Below, in pieces: positions 53,352 to 62,939 of a stretch of DNA of 64,000 nt; position 1 is the stretch's first letter, and the number at the start of each line of letters is the position of its first letter. The notes beneath the pieces were generated by a model. The model did not search any database and had not been told where the DNA came from. It saw nothing but the letters and a program-made list of their open reading frames with translations. The DNA comes from Dictyostelium discoideum. Lineage: Eukaryota. The position numbers were made by a program, and so were the translations under genes. The stretch is from NCBI GenBank assembly GCA_000004695.1, contig CM000151.3, positions 3,712,001 to 3,776,000 of the forward strand. Reading direction: 5' to 3'.

Positions 53352-53566
53352 TTAAAATGGAACCCCCTCCAAGCTTCCATAAGTTTCAACAAGAATACCA
53401 CCAGGGTTACGACCAATTCCACCGAGAAATCCTGGATTGCTAATGCTAATGCCGCCACGGCGTTCAATTGAATTCATTGATTGTAAAGAAGATAATGAAT
53501 TTGATAATGATGATAAATTATTTGATTTCGAAATTGATTTAACATTACTAATTGATGAAATTAAAC
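53352..53566 (-). CDS. HssA/2C/7E family protein, exon 2 ([71 protein letters not shown])
   Basis: Acceptor atatag| (minus) at 53567-53568; 88-nt intron; stop at 53352-53354. Confidence 0.7.
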
Positions 53567-53654
53567 CTATATAAAATTATTATTAAATTTTTAAAAAACA
53601 AATAATTTAAATATTTTTTTTTTTTTTTTTTTTTTTACAAAAAATAAAGCATAC

Positions 53655-53667
53655 CTAAGATTGTCAT
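53655..53667 (-). CDS. HssA/2C/7E family small Ser/Gly-rich protein, exon 1 (MTIL, phase 1)
   Basis: ATG ACA ATC TTA G|GTATGC on the minus strand. The family-typical N-terminus MTIL(A/G)[15 protein letters not shown] is reconstituted after splicing. Confidence 0.65.
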
Positions 53668-53773
53668 TTTTTGATATTATTTAATAGTATTATTTGTTTG
53701 TTCGTTTTGGAATATTAATAAAAAAATAAATAAATAAAAAAGTATTTATCACTACGTTATCAAACAGGGTCTG

Positions 53774-53805
<32 letters not shown>

Positions 53806-54024
53806 ACAGCTGTGTTATTTTTATTTGTGTGCAAATATAAAATTTAATATAAATTTTTGTTTTTGTTTTTTGGACCCCCTTTTTAAAAAGGGGTTAATAT
53901 ATTTTATTGATGTAGTTAATTTATTATCTTTTGAAAACAATAATTTGATATATTAATCGAGAGTGATGGAAGATTATAATCATATCGAGGACAGCCAAAC
54001 GGAGATTTCTATTCAAAAGCATAA

Positions 54025-54083
<59 letters not shown>

Positions 54084-54501
54084 ATTTTGAGTAATTAATG
54101 AGGTTTTTGATAAAAATTCATTTTCTTTATGATTAATCTTTTTGATTGAATGATTTTTTTTATTTTTTTATTTTTTTTTAAATTTATTATTATTTAAATT
54201 TTCTTATCCAGGGATAATTTAATTTGGAATTTTTTTTTTTTGTGATTTTTTTTTTTTATATTTAAAAGACAAACTTGTAATTTAAAGTTACAACTCTTAT
54301 TAATTTTTTAAATAAAGAACAACTTTGAAAAATAATAAATTTAAAAAATAATTTTAAAAAAAGTATAATTAAATAATTCTATTTTTTTTTTTTTTTATTT
54401 TACAAATTAAAAAATTGGGTTTTATTTTTGGTTGGTTTAATATTTTAATTATAATTTAAGTTTGTAATTTTAATTACAACCACAATTGTTTGAACCTCCA
54501 G

Positions 54502-54660
54502 TTAAAATGGAACCGACTCCGTGTAAAACAGAACCAATGATTACACCAGTACCAACAAGAACACCACCAACAAGACCACCAACTCCACCGAGTAATCCTC
54601 CATTTCCACAACCACCACCACATTGAATTGAATTCATTGATTGTAAAGAAGCATCCTCAC
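54502..54660 (-). pseudogene. 5'-truncated second copy of an HssA/2C/7E family gene (...[50 protein letters not shown])
   Basis: The 3' coding region and about 130 bp of 3' flank are near-identical to the 53221..53352 flank of the intact copy. Similarity stops abruptly at 54660, where the complex repeat block begins. No MTIL exon is present. Confidence 0.5.
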
Positions 54661-54664
54661 CCTT

Positions 54665-56654
54665 TTATGATGTTTTTGTATGATTGGATTTTTAAATTTT
54701 AAAGTGAGAAAAAAATTTAGGAACTTCGGACGAAAGTTGAAAATTTTTTTTTTTTTTTTTTTTCCGGCAAAAATGAAAAATATTTAATAAAAAAAAATTG
54801 AGCGAATATAGCCACTTCCACAATATACATATAAAAGAGCTTTATTTTTTGTATTTGTTAATTTTAATTAATATTGAGATATAGTAAATTTTGAGGCTTG
54901 TCAACAACGAGAATCGATGCCTGAATCTGAGGAAAAATAAAAATCTATGGTTTACCGGTGACTCGACCAATGAGTAATGGTAGACGTAGAATTAAATTCT
55001 AAGTTGAAATCACTTGATCCGGTTTATCTACGGGGTCATTAAGGTACCAAAAATTAAAATTACTGAAAAAAAAATTTTAAAAAATTTTCAAAAATTTTTT
55101 TATATGGAGAAATTTTTTTTCGGAAAATCGAAAAAAATTCTGCGCGTAAATCGTCTCGTTAAAATTTAATTCTTTTTGAGTATGTTAATGATCTATCGTG
55201 TATCTAACTTCTGTATTTCGCTTTTTGCACTCAATTTTTTTTTATTAAATATTCAATCGAATCTTTGGCGGGTGGTAAGTGAAAAATCACCATTTTTCCC
55301 AAGTTTTTTTTGGTGTAAGGAGGCTAAGTAAAAAGTCCCTCGTGTTCACTCGACCGACGGTTCCTAGTAAGCTTTCCAGAGCATTTGGGATAATCTGACA
55401 CAAGATCGTATTTTAAAGGGGGGTACTGGACCCCCTAAAAAATTCGCCAAGTTGACACACCAAAAACAGTGTTTTTTCGTGGATTTTTCAAGGAACTTTA
55501 TAGATATTTTAATTAACGAAATTGAGTGAATGTAGACCCATAAAAGTAGCAACTAGACTCAATGAGAGATATTCTGACACATTTTACCAAATAGCTTATG
55601 TGCATATAGTGAATATAAAGACTGGGGACGAAAAGTGAAAATTTTCCAATAAATTCAAAAATTGGTGTATTTTAGCGAAAAATTTAAATGGTGTCGTTCC
55701 TTATCAATCAAAGTTTTTTTAAAAGATAGATATTTTAATTTTACACTTACTGTTACCTCACGGCAGAGTCAACCAAGTAACACAATTTTTTATTTAACTC
55801 GGAAGTTCGTAAAAATATGACATTGGATCCTCATTTACAGATTACAGTGGTTTTATGGTGAGTCGACCGTGAGGTAACTGTAATTAGTTATATTCTTGGC
55901 GATGTTAATGTATTTTTCCGTTTTTGCCTAGGGGGTCACGATCAAAACTTATTAAAATTTTGGCGCCAAAAAATTTTTCATATAAAAAAAAAAAAAATTA
56001 ATGTGAGAAATTTCAATTTGGAGGTTCGAAAAAAATTCGAAAAAAATATGTACTATTTTTTTATTCCAATGATTTTTAGATATAATATAGCTGAAAATGA
56101 GGGCTATCTTTTGTATGTCTTACTTTTTAAATGGCAAGTTAAAAAAAAAATTGGTTTACAAAAAACTTTCTCAAGTACCCCCTATTTTTGGGGGTAAAAA
56201 AGTGCAAAATTTCACTGTAACTTTCATAAATATTACTCCTATTTAGTTCACTCGACCGACGGTTCCTAGTAAGCTTTCCAGATGTACTGACACAGCCTCG
56301 AAACAACGCGCGTAGTCTGGCGGGTCAAATAGACCCCTAAAAAAATTCTGAAAAAATCGCTGTTTTTTGGTGTTTTTTCGTAGGTGATAACTTTTCATTA
56401 AAATAAAAGGAATATTACTCGTAGGATTTAAAAACGTATATGTTTTTAAACATTCTCAAATTTATAGAAAATTTATAGGAAATAGGAACAATTTACTTAT
56501 GAATGATTTTTAAATATAAAAACCCCGATCCATTTTTGAAAAATCGATTTTTTTTAAATTTTTAGCGAAAAATATTTAAATTTTTAAAATGACTTTAAAT
56601 TTGAACCGGACTTTGATTTTTATAGATTACTAGTCATTTGACATCAACACATCA
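54665..56654. repeat. Complex GC-richer non-coding repeat block with internal direct and inverted repeats, abutting the N gap
   Basis: A 37-nt direct repeat gttcactcgaccgacggttcctagtaagctttccaga at 55344 and 56246. The motif cccctaaaaaa(a)ttc follows both copies. A 16-nt inverted repeat tactgttacctcacgg / ccgtgaggtaactgta at 55755 and 55868. No ORF longer than 65 codons. Confidence 0.5.
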
Positions 56655-56754
56655 NNNNNNNNNNNNNNNNNNNNNNNNNNNNNNNNNNNNNNNNNNNNNN
56701 NNNNNNNNNNNNNNNNNNNNNNNNNNNNNNNNNNNNNNNNNNNNNNNNNNNNNN
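56655..56754. other. Assembly gap (100 N)
   Basis: Run of n characters in the sequence. Confidence 0.99.
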
Positions 56755-56885
56755 AAAATTGGGGTGCACCAAAATTTACATCAGCAGAGAGATTTGAAGC
56801 ACAATTTAGTAAAATTAAAGACCTTTTGACAAACAATACAAACAACCAAGATCAACATAAATTTGAAAGAGTAAAAAAAATATTA

Positions 56886-57287
56886 ATGGCAACATTTTTA
56901 GATAATTTTAACAATCTAAAAGAAAAAGATGATGACAATAATGATTTAATTTTAGGGCAAATAATTAAAAAAAATGAAAATATTTATTTAAAAAATAATA
57001 TTTTATCAGACATTAACTTGCATTACAAAAACATTGAAAATATTCAATTTCATAAATCAATTAAAAATTTAAAAGAAATATATAATGTTGGTGATGGAAT
57101 TGAAGTTGCCTCAGAAAATTCATTAACTGGACGATGGAGTGCAATAATTATTGCTATTTGTTTAATAGAATTAAAAAATAAAAAAAGTGCACATTCTATT
57201 TATATACAATACTTTGATAAAGATACAGGTGATCAAAATAATAAGTACCACTTTTTAAGAAAAAGCTTTTCAAGTATAACATATTAA
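56886..57287 (+). CDS. Orphan ORF (133 aa from the first ATG) immediately downstream of the assembly gap
   Basis: Open frame bounded upstream by tga at 56823; coding status and completeness unknown; may be an exon of a gene interrupted by the gap. Confidence 0.3.
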   Translation: MATFLDNFNNLKEKDDDNNDLILGQIIKKNENIYLKNNILSDINLHYKNIENIQFHKSIKNLKEIYNVGDGIEVASENSLTGRWSAIIIAICLIELKNKKSAHSIYIQYFDKDTGDQNNKYHFLRKSFSSITY

Positions 57288-57396
57288 ACACATTAATACC
57301 AATACAAATCGATTCGTCTAACTATCTTATAATTTATAAGTGCCATGACCAATTTTCAATAAGTAAAAAAAAAAAATGAAAAAAATTCGTTGAACT

Positions 57397-57598
57397 CACA
57401 GCGAAGAAAAAACCACCTTTAAATTCGCTTTAAATTAAATTTAAATTTGCTTTAAAGTCCTGAATTAAAGCAATTTTAAAGGTAATTTTAAAGGTAATTT
57501 TTAAGGTTACTTTAAAATTACCTTTAAAATTACCTTTAAAATTACCTTTTTAATCGCTTTAAAAGCGAGGTCCTGAGTTCGAAGCCGTTATTTAACGG
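57397..57598. repeat. Outer terminal inverted repeat, left arm
   Basis: Reverse-complement match to 62690-62902. Rich in the motif aaaggtaatttt. Contains the B-box-like gagttcgaagcc. Confidence 0.7.
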
Positions 57599-57796
57599 AT
57601 AAATTTTTTAAATTTTTTTTTTTAATTTTTCAAAAATTACCAAAAGGGATTCGATCCCCCGACCCTCTATTAAAGGGTAGTCTCATCAACCATTACACCA
57701 TTTGATTGCTTTGATGAAAAATTTAAAAATGATAGAATATTTTATCCCCATTTTTTTGTTCTAAAATTAGATCTTTTTTATTAAAAACCTTTAATT

Positions 57797-58010
57797 TATG
57801 TTTAAAGGAAATTTAAATTCACTTTAAATCTACTTTAAATCCTATTTAAAATTAATTTAAAATAAATTTTAAAGGTATTTTTAAATGTCTTAAAAATTAT
57901 CTTAAATTTACCTTAAAAATCACCTTTAAAATCACCTTTAAAATCACCTTTAAAATTGCTTAAAAATTTATTTTAAAGCAAATTTTAAAGGCATTTTTAA
58001 ATATCTTAAA
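57797..58010. repeat. Inner inverted repeat, left arm ((tttaaaggt/aatttta) periodic motif)
   Basis: Reverse-complement match to 59701-59930 over more than 200 nt with few mismatches. Confidence 0.7.
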
Positions 58011-58259
58011 AATTACCTTAAAAATTACCTTAAAAATGAATTTTTTAAACGCGGCTTTAAATTCAATTTAAATCCAATTTAAATCAACTTTTCTTTAAAT
58101 TTGCTTTAAAGGTGCATTTTTCTTTGCTGTGCTTATTTACATAACTTTTACATTTTTACGTAACTTTTTCTTTTTTTTTTTTCTTTTTTCCAATTTTCTT
58201 TTTTTTCGGTTGGAAATTATAGGATTTTAAAAAAAAATTAAAAAAATATTATAAAAAAA

Positions 58260-58541
58260 ATGACTCACAATAATTCTGCATCATTTGAAACACCAAATAG
58301 AAGTGGTAATTATGTAAATAGATCATCTTTAACTTCACCAACATCACCAATAACACCAATCACATCTCTTATTTTAAATCAAACTGATACCTCCATAGGT
58401 CCACAACGTACTGTTAGAAGACAACAAAGACCTCAAAGACCAAATGCAAGTCATCCACCAACAACAAATATTGTAGAAAAAATATTGGTGTATGAAACAT
58501 TGCACAGAAATTGTGTTTCTCAATACTATGCAACTGGTAAG
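58260..58541 (+). CDS. Gene inside the IR-bounded element, exon 1 (S/T/P-rich N-terminus ...CVSQYYATGK)
   Basis: ATG at 58260; donor aag|gtaaga at 58542. Confidence 0.5.
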
Positions 58542-58549
58542 GTAAGATA

Positions 58550-58594
<45 letters not shown>

Positions 58595-58635
58595 AAGAGA
58601 CTAATTAAATTAAATAAACAAAAATAATACATAAG

Positions 58636-58854
58636 ATTTCCTCTCGTTTTATTAGGACCTGTATATTAAATGCTGGCGGTACAAATTCAAATGAAAATAA
58701 AGTTGTTCTATCCAAATTGGTTAAATGGGTCAACAATAAACGTGGTAACACACGTATTAAAGCCCTAAATACCCTTAGACTTTTAGTTAGAAATAAAGTA
58801 GAACAGTTCAGCGAGTTGCTCTCTCAGGTTCCACCATTAATGGAGTATGAATCG
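58636..58854 (+). CDS. Gene inside the IR-bounded element, exon 2 (ISSRFIRTCILNAGG...KVVLSKLVKWVNNKRGNTRIKALNTLRLLVRNKVEQFSELLSQVPPLMEYES)
   Basis: A phase-0 acceptor cataag| at 58635 is needed for frame continuity; the nearer ttattag| at 58660 is out of phase. Donor tcg|gtatgt at 58855. Codons are GC-richer than the genome norm. Confidence 0.4.
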
Positions 58855-58963
58855 GTATGTAAAAAAAAAAAAAAAATAAAAAATAAAAAAAAAATAAAAA
58901 AAAAAAAAAAAAAAAAATAAATTATTAATAATTTGTTTTTTTAATTTTTTAATTATTATTTAG

Positions 58964-59233
58964 ATAACTCCTTTTGATTTGGCCACTCTTATTATCGATA
59001 CAGTTACCTTAGAAGCTTTTGACTCCGATCCTTTTGTAAAGTTCTTAGTGTCTCAATGCTTTACAATTGAAGAAAAAGAATGGTACAGCGGTTCCAAACC
59101 TCTTATTTCTTTAATAGTTAAAGCATTGCGTGGTGTTTCTCAAAAGTTCATTGACTCTCCTGATGAACTTACTTACACTGAAAAGGTTGCTTTTGAATTC
59201 ACTTCAATACCTCTTTATGCTCCACTAAATTAA
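58964..59233 (+). CDS. Gene inside the IR-bounded element, exon 3 (ITPFDLATLIIDTVTLEAFDSDPFVKFLVSQCF...LYAPLN*); ARM/HEAT-like helical repeats
   Basis: Acceptor tatttag| at 58963, in frame with ORF 58979..59233. Confidence 0.5.
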   Translation: MTPFDLATLIIDTVTLEAFDSDPFVKFLVSQCFTIEEKEWYSGSKPLISLIVKALRGVSQKFIDSPDELTYTEKVAFEFTSIPLYAPLN

Positions 59234-59499
59234 ATCGTTTAAATAAAAAAAATTAATATGATTTCACATACTCAACTTTAATTTTTTCTTTTTTTTTTAA
59301 ATCTTTTTTTAATTTTTATTTTAAATTATTTTTTTTAATTTTTATTTTTAAAGTGATATTATTAATATATCTTATCAAGTTAACTTTATAATATAAATTT
59401 ATAAATGCACTTTTAAATTGAATTTTATAAATATAATTAATAAGAATACTTAATAAGTGTACTTACAAAGAGTACATTATAATTATAATTAGTAATTAC

Positions 59500-59702
59500 G
59501 CTTAATAATTATACTTAATAAGTATATTTAATAAGTATACTTAATAAGTATACTTAATAAGTATATTTAATAAGTATACTTAATAAGTATACTTAATAAG
59601 TATATTTAATAAGTATACTTAATAAGTATACTTAATAAGTATATTTAATAAGTATACTTAATAAGTATACTTAATAAGTATATTTAATAAGTATACTTAA
59701 TA
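59500..59702. repeat. Tandem array of about 16 copies of a 13-nt palindromic unit (TAATAAGTATACT/TAATAAGTATATT) with a 39-nt super-period
   Basis: Directly visible. The unit contains the palindrome AGTATACT. A related palindromic copy lies at 60040-60095. Confidence 0.85.
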
Positions 59703-59930
59703 ATATTTAAAAATGCCTTTAAAATTTGCTTTAAAATAAATTTTTAAGCAATTTTAAAGGTGATTTTAAAGGTGATTTTAAAGGTAATTTTTAAGGTAAT
59801 TTTTAAGATAATTTTTAAGATATTTAAAAATACCTTTAAAATTTATTTTAAATTAATTTTAAATAGGATTTAAAGTAGAATTAAAGTGAATTTAAAGTGA
59901 ATTTAAATTTCCTTTAAACATAAATATTAT
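59701..59930. repeat. Inner inverted repeat, right arm
   Basis: Reverse complement of 57797-58010. Confidence 0.7.
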
Positions 59931-60137
59931 TTTTTTCGTTAAAAAAAAAAAATTCCAAAATTTTTTATTTTTTTTTGTGTTAAAAAAAAATTCCTAAATT
60001 TTTTTTTTTATTGTATTTTTTTTCATCACACCATTATAAATTCTATGTACTTAATAAGTATTACTTATTAAGTATACTTATTAATATATATTAAAAAGAG
60101 TACTTGGATTTAAAGGTGCTTTAAAGTGTTGATTTTC

Positions 60138-62470
60138 GCCGCTGTGTGGATTGGTATCGACTCTACTGATTGTTTGGTCAATACTTCTTGGAATGTTCCC
60201 AGTACTTGAGGAAACATATGACGATGATGACGAGGAACTTGAGCTTGAATCATCGGATACCAAGTTGCTGATCTCCAGATTGGGAAGATCAGTATTATAG
60301 AAACCTTCTTCGAACTGGATGAGTTCATCTTCTCCAGTATAGAAGGCAAAAGAATGGGTGGTGGAAAGGCCAGACATTACTTATATTGACTCCAATCGAG
60401 GTGGAGTGCATTCATTCTGATTGTTGAGTAGTTGTTCGTTTGATGGTTGAGGTGAGATGCGAACAGATCCATCTGTATTTGACCGAATTGAAGTTGCCAG
60501 TTGTAACTCTTGATTACTCTGGTCGATGATATGTGATTCATCTCTGAAAGACGACTGAGGTGGTCGGCTTTTACATTATTCATAATATATATATATATGA
60601 TAATATAAATTAAATTTTTAAATCTTATTCATAATATATATATATATATATATGATAATATAAATTACCAGCCTTATTCTTAATCACAAGCTTGTGTTCG
60701 AGTTTACTTAAAAAATACTACAAATATGTATGTTGTAACTCTTCCACTAAAGAATCCAGCTCTCCACGGTATGCTTGCTGTAGTTCTGCCTCATGAGCCT
60801 GGAGACGTTCCTCAGGAGACAAGCTATGGCTGAACGAATTAGACAGAATAACACCACGAGGGATACCGTAGTGGGATAGGTTAGATGCCTTCATAACAAA
60901 CCAGAAGTTTAACAGCCAACTCACTACCATGTCATTGTTAGAGACTCAAAACTAAATTAATTTAAAGTTAGTTTGAGCTCAACAACATAACAAATTCGCG
61001 CATCTCCATGTAAAAATATTTCATTTAATTTTTGTTTTTTATTTTTTATTTTTTCAGTCAAAAAATAAAATTAAAAAAATTAAATAAAATTAAAATTTAA
61101 AAAAATAATAAAAATTCTGATTTTCGGTTTAGTTAGATAACGCCCTTACATTCAATTATCTGTTTTATGTATGTTTACTTTTATGATGTTAGTCTTTCAC
61201 TCTTTCTATCCTTCATATGGAATGACATTAGATTAAAGATTGGACTAGTTCGGTTAAAGATTGAACAAATGTGACAATGGATTGAAGATTAGTGTGAGAA
61301 ACTTTTACAGTCATCGTATCCAGACGCCTTGTGGTCAATACGACCATTCTTAACAACCAGACTGGTGATCTCATTAATCAGCGTTTTATCGTGAGTAACA
61401 CGACCAGCGCGTTTAGCCGCTTCAGGTAGGACTTCACCGTACAGTGTCAACGCGATTCGGCTGTAGTAACGAACCCAAACTTGTTACGCACGTCATCGTA
61501 GAAATAACTACCACGAGGACGCAGTGGATTGTTAACCATAGCAGCTGCATTTTTATCCACCTTCACCTCTTCAACAATCCAGTTAAAAATATGTTTGAAT
61601 GGATCAATACCTTGTAACGGCGAATTTAATCAGGTTAGTTTCATTACAACCCCCTGCATCTACTGTAACCATATCACGAATGTAAGTAAACACTAAACCA
61701 ATGGCATCTCTACCGATCGCTTCCGAGGGATCCATCCCTAGTAGAATGTGTGCCCCTTCGTTAATTTCTCATGTCGATCTTTTGGTATGTGTCAGCCGAT
61801 ACTGTAACCGTCTTTGGAACTCAGTCCACAGTGGGTCACGTTCATAGTCACGGATAATGTTGTTTAGCTCAGTTGACAGAGGTGAACGTAAAGAACCTGA
61901 TGTCCAGCGGTTAAAGAAGTCACGGTCTGCTTCTTTAATTTTAACACCGGAGTTCTGCAATGCGTCACGCAGCCATTCTTTATCCAAACCAAGCTGACGA
62001 TAACTCCACGTCCCGTTAATCATAATAAGCGCACCTTTCTTACCGATGAGTTTGATTAATACGGTACGTAGTTCTTCCTGGTTTCTCAGGTCTATGATGG
62101 TCTTTAACCCAAAGATAAGACGGCAGTAGATCGCGAATCTCTTTTAATCGGTCGAAGTTAGACCGTCAGTAGTGCGTCATCCTTCGTAATCAGGTTAATG
62201 CTGATGGTATCTGACGAACCAGACTTACCGGTCTGACGGGGATTAACATGTAGTCGATGTGGTTATAGAAGCTCCAGATCAAACTCAGGTTAGCACGGTT
62301 TGCTTTAAAAGGACGCGGCGTTGCACCCGCAGAGAATCTAACGACCTCACGATAGTAATACCATGGGTTGAATCGACATTCGATAGCGAATTAATTTCTT
62401 ATGACAGATCGGTGGCAAATGGATCCACTGACTTAATTCCTGTTGAAGGAGACTAAGCATGAATGTACAG
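60138..62470 (-). mobile_element. GC-richer (about 45-50% GC) exon-like blocks of a degenerate integrase/RNase-H-like gene, possibly a transposase, interrupted by AT-rich intron-like spacers
   Basis: Minus-strand open frames at 62023-61769, 61610-61300, 60930-60718, 60583-60377 and 60377-60081 sit in different phases. Motifs NNVKADHLSR (like N..ADALSR at the RNase H/integrase junction) and IDHKASGYDD (like RT/IN D.K.SGY). A GTAAAAG donor-like site falls exactly at the GC-to-AT transition at 61300. An AT-rich spacer spans 60940-61300. Confidence 0.4.
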
Positions 62471-62689
62471 TTCTCAACACCCATTTCTTTATAAAGATTT
62501 AGAAATTCAAGTTAATCAAATAATATTAATATTGTATTTGTATTCAAAGTGAAAAACTAAATTTTTCGAAAAACGAAAAACTTCGTAAAGTATCAAAATA
62601 CTTTACAAAAATTCAAAAAAAAATTCAAAAAAAAATTCAAAAAAAAATTCAAAAAAAAATTCAAAAAAAAAAAATTTAAAAAAATTTAT

Positions 62690-62902
62690 CCGTTAAATAA
62701 CGGCTTCGAACTCCGGACCTCGCTTTTAAAGGATTAAAAAGCTAATTTTTAAGGTAATTTTAAAGGTATTTTTTAAGGTGATTTTAAAGTAAACTTAAAA
62801 ATTACCTTTAAAATTACCTTAAAAATTGCTTTAATTCAGGACTTTAAATTCGCTTTAAATTAAATTTAAATTTGCTTTAAAGGAGGATTTTTCTTCGCTG
62901 TG
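62690..62902. repeat. Outer terminal inverted repeat, right arm
   Basis: Reverse complement of 57397-57598. Confidence 0.7.
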
Positions 62903-62939
62903 GAATAAGCTGAGTTATTTCGAAAAAAGTTTATTTTTT

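Larger units (their letters stand above)
57397..62902. mobile_element. Inverted-repeat-bounded composite element of about 5.5 kb with CACAGCGAAG... termini (candidate DNA transposon or nested transposon cluster)
   Basis: 57397-57598 is the reverse complement of 62690-62902, including ccgttaaataacggcttcgaactccggacctcgc and the terminal ...tttgctttaaagg.gatttttcttcgctgtg. A third copy of the terminus in direct orientation lies at 58060-58133 and a fourth, more diverged, at 60100-60137. Confidence 0.5.

Noticed and set aside
56638-56845. ORFs spanning the N run (XXXX... proteins)
   Set aside because: These are artefacts of translating the 100-nt assembly gap.
57640-57712. Possible tRNA-Ile(AAT) gene on the minus strand
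   Set aside because: D-arm, anticodon-arm and T-arm-like hairpins exist, but the T-loop is ATCGAAT rather than TTCGAAT. There are 7 nt between the D and anticodon arms. No 7-bp acceptor stem can be formed. Treated as a tRNA-derived or B-box-containing fragment inside the element.
60138-62470. Bacterial or phage contamination (E. coli-like codon usage: CTG, GCG, CGT, GGT)
   Set aside because: Not fully excluded. The block is flanked and interrupted by Dictyostelium-type AT-rich sequence, with a GT donor-like site exactly at the composition boundary. It sits inside inverted repeats made of host-like AT-rich DNA. It also carries an integrase/RNase-H-like N..AD.LSR motif more typical of eukaryotic transposons. 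No specific bacterial protein could be recognised from memory. A database search is required.
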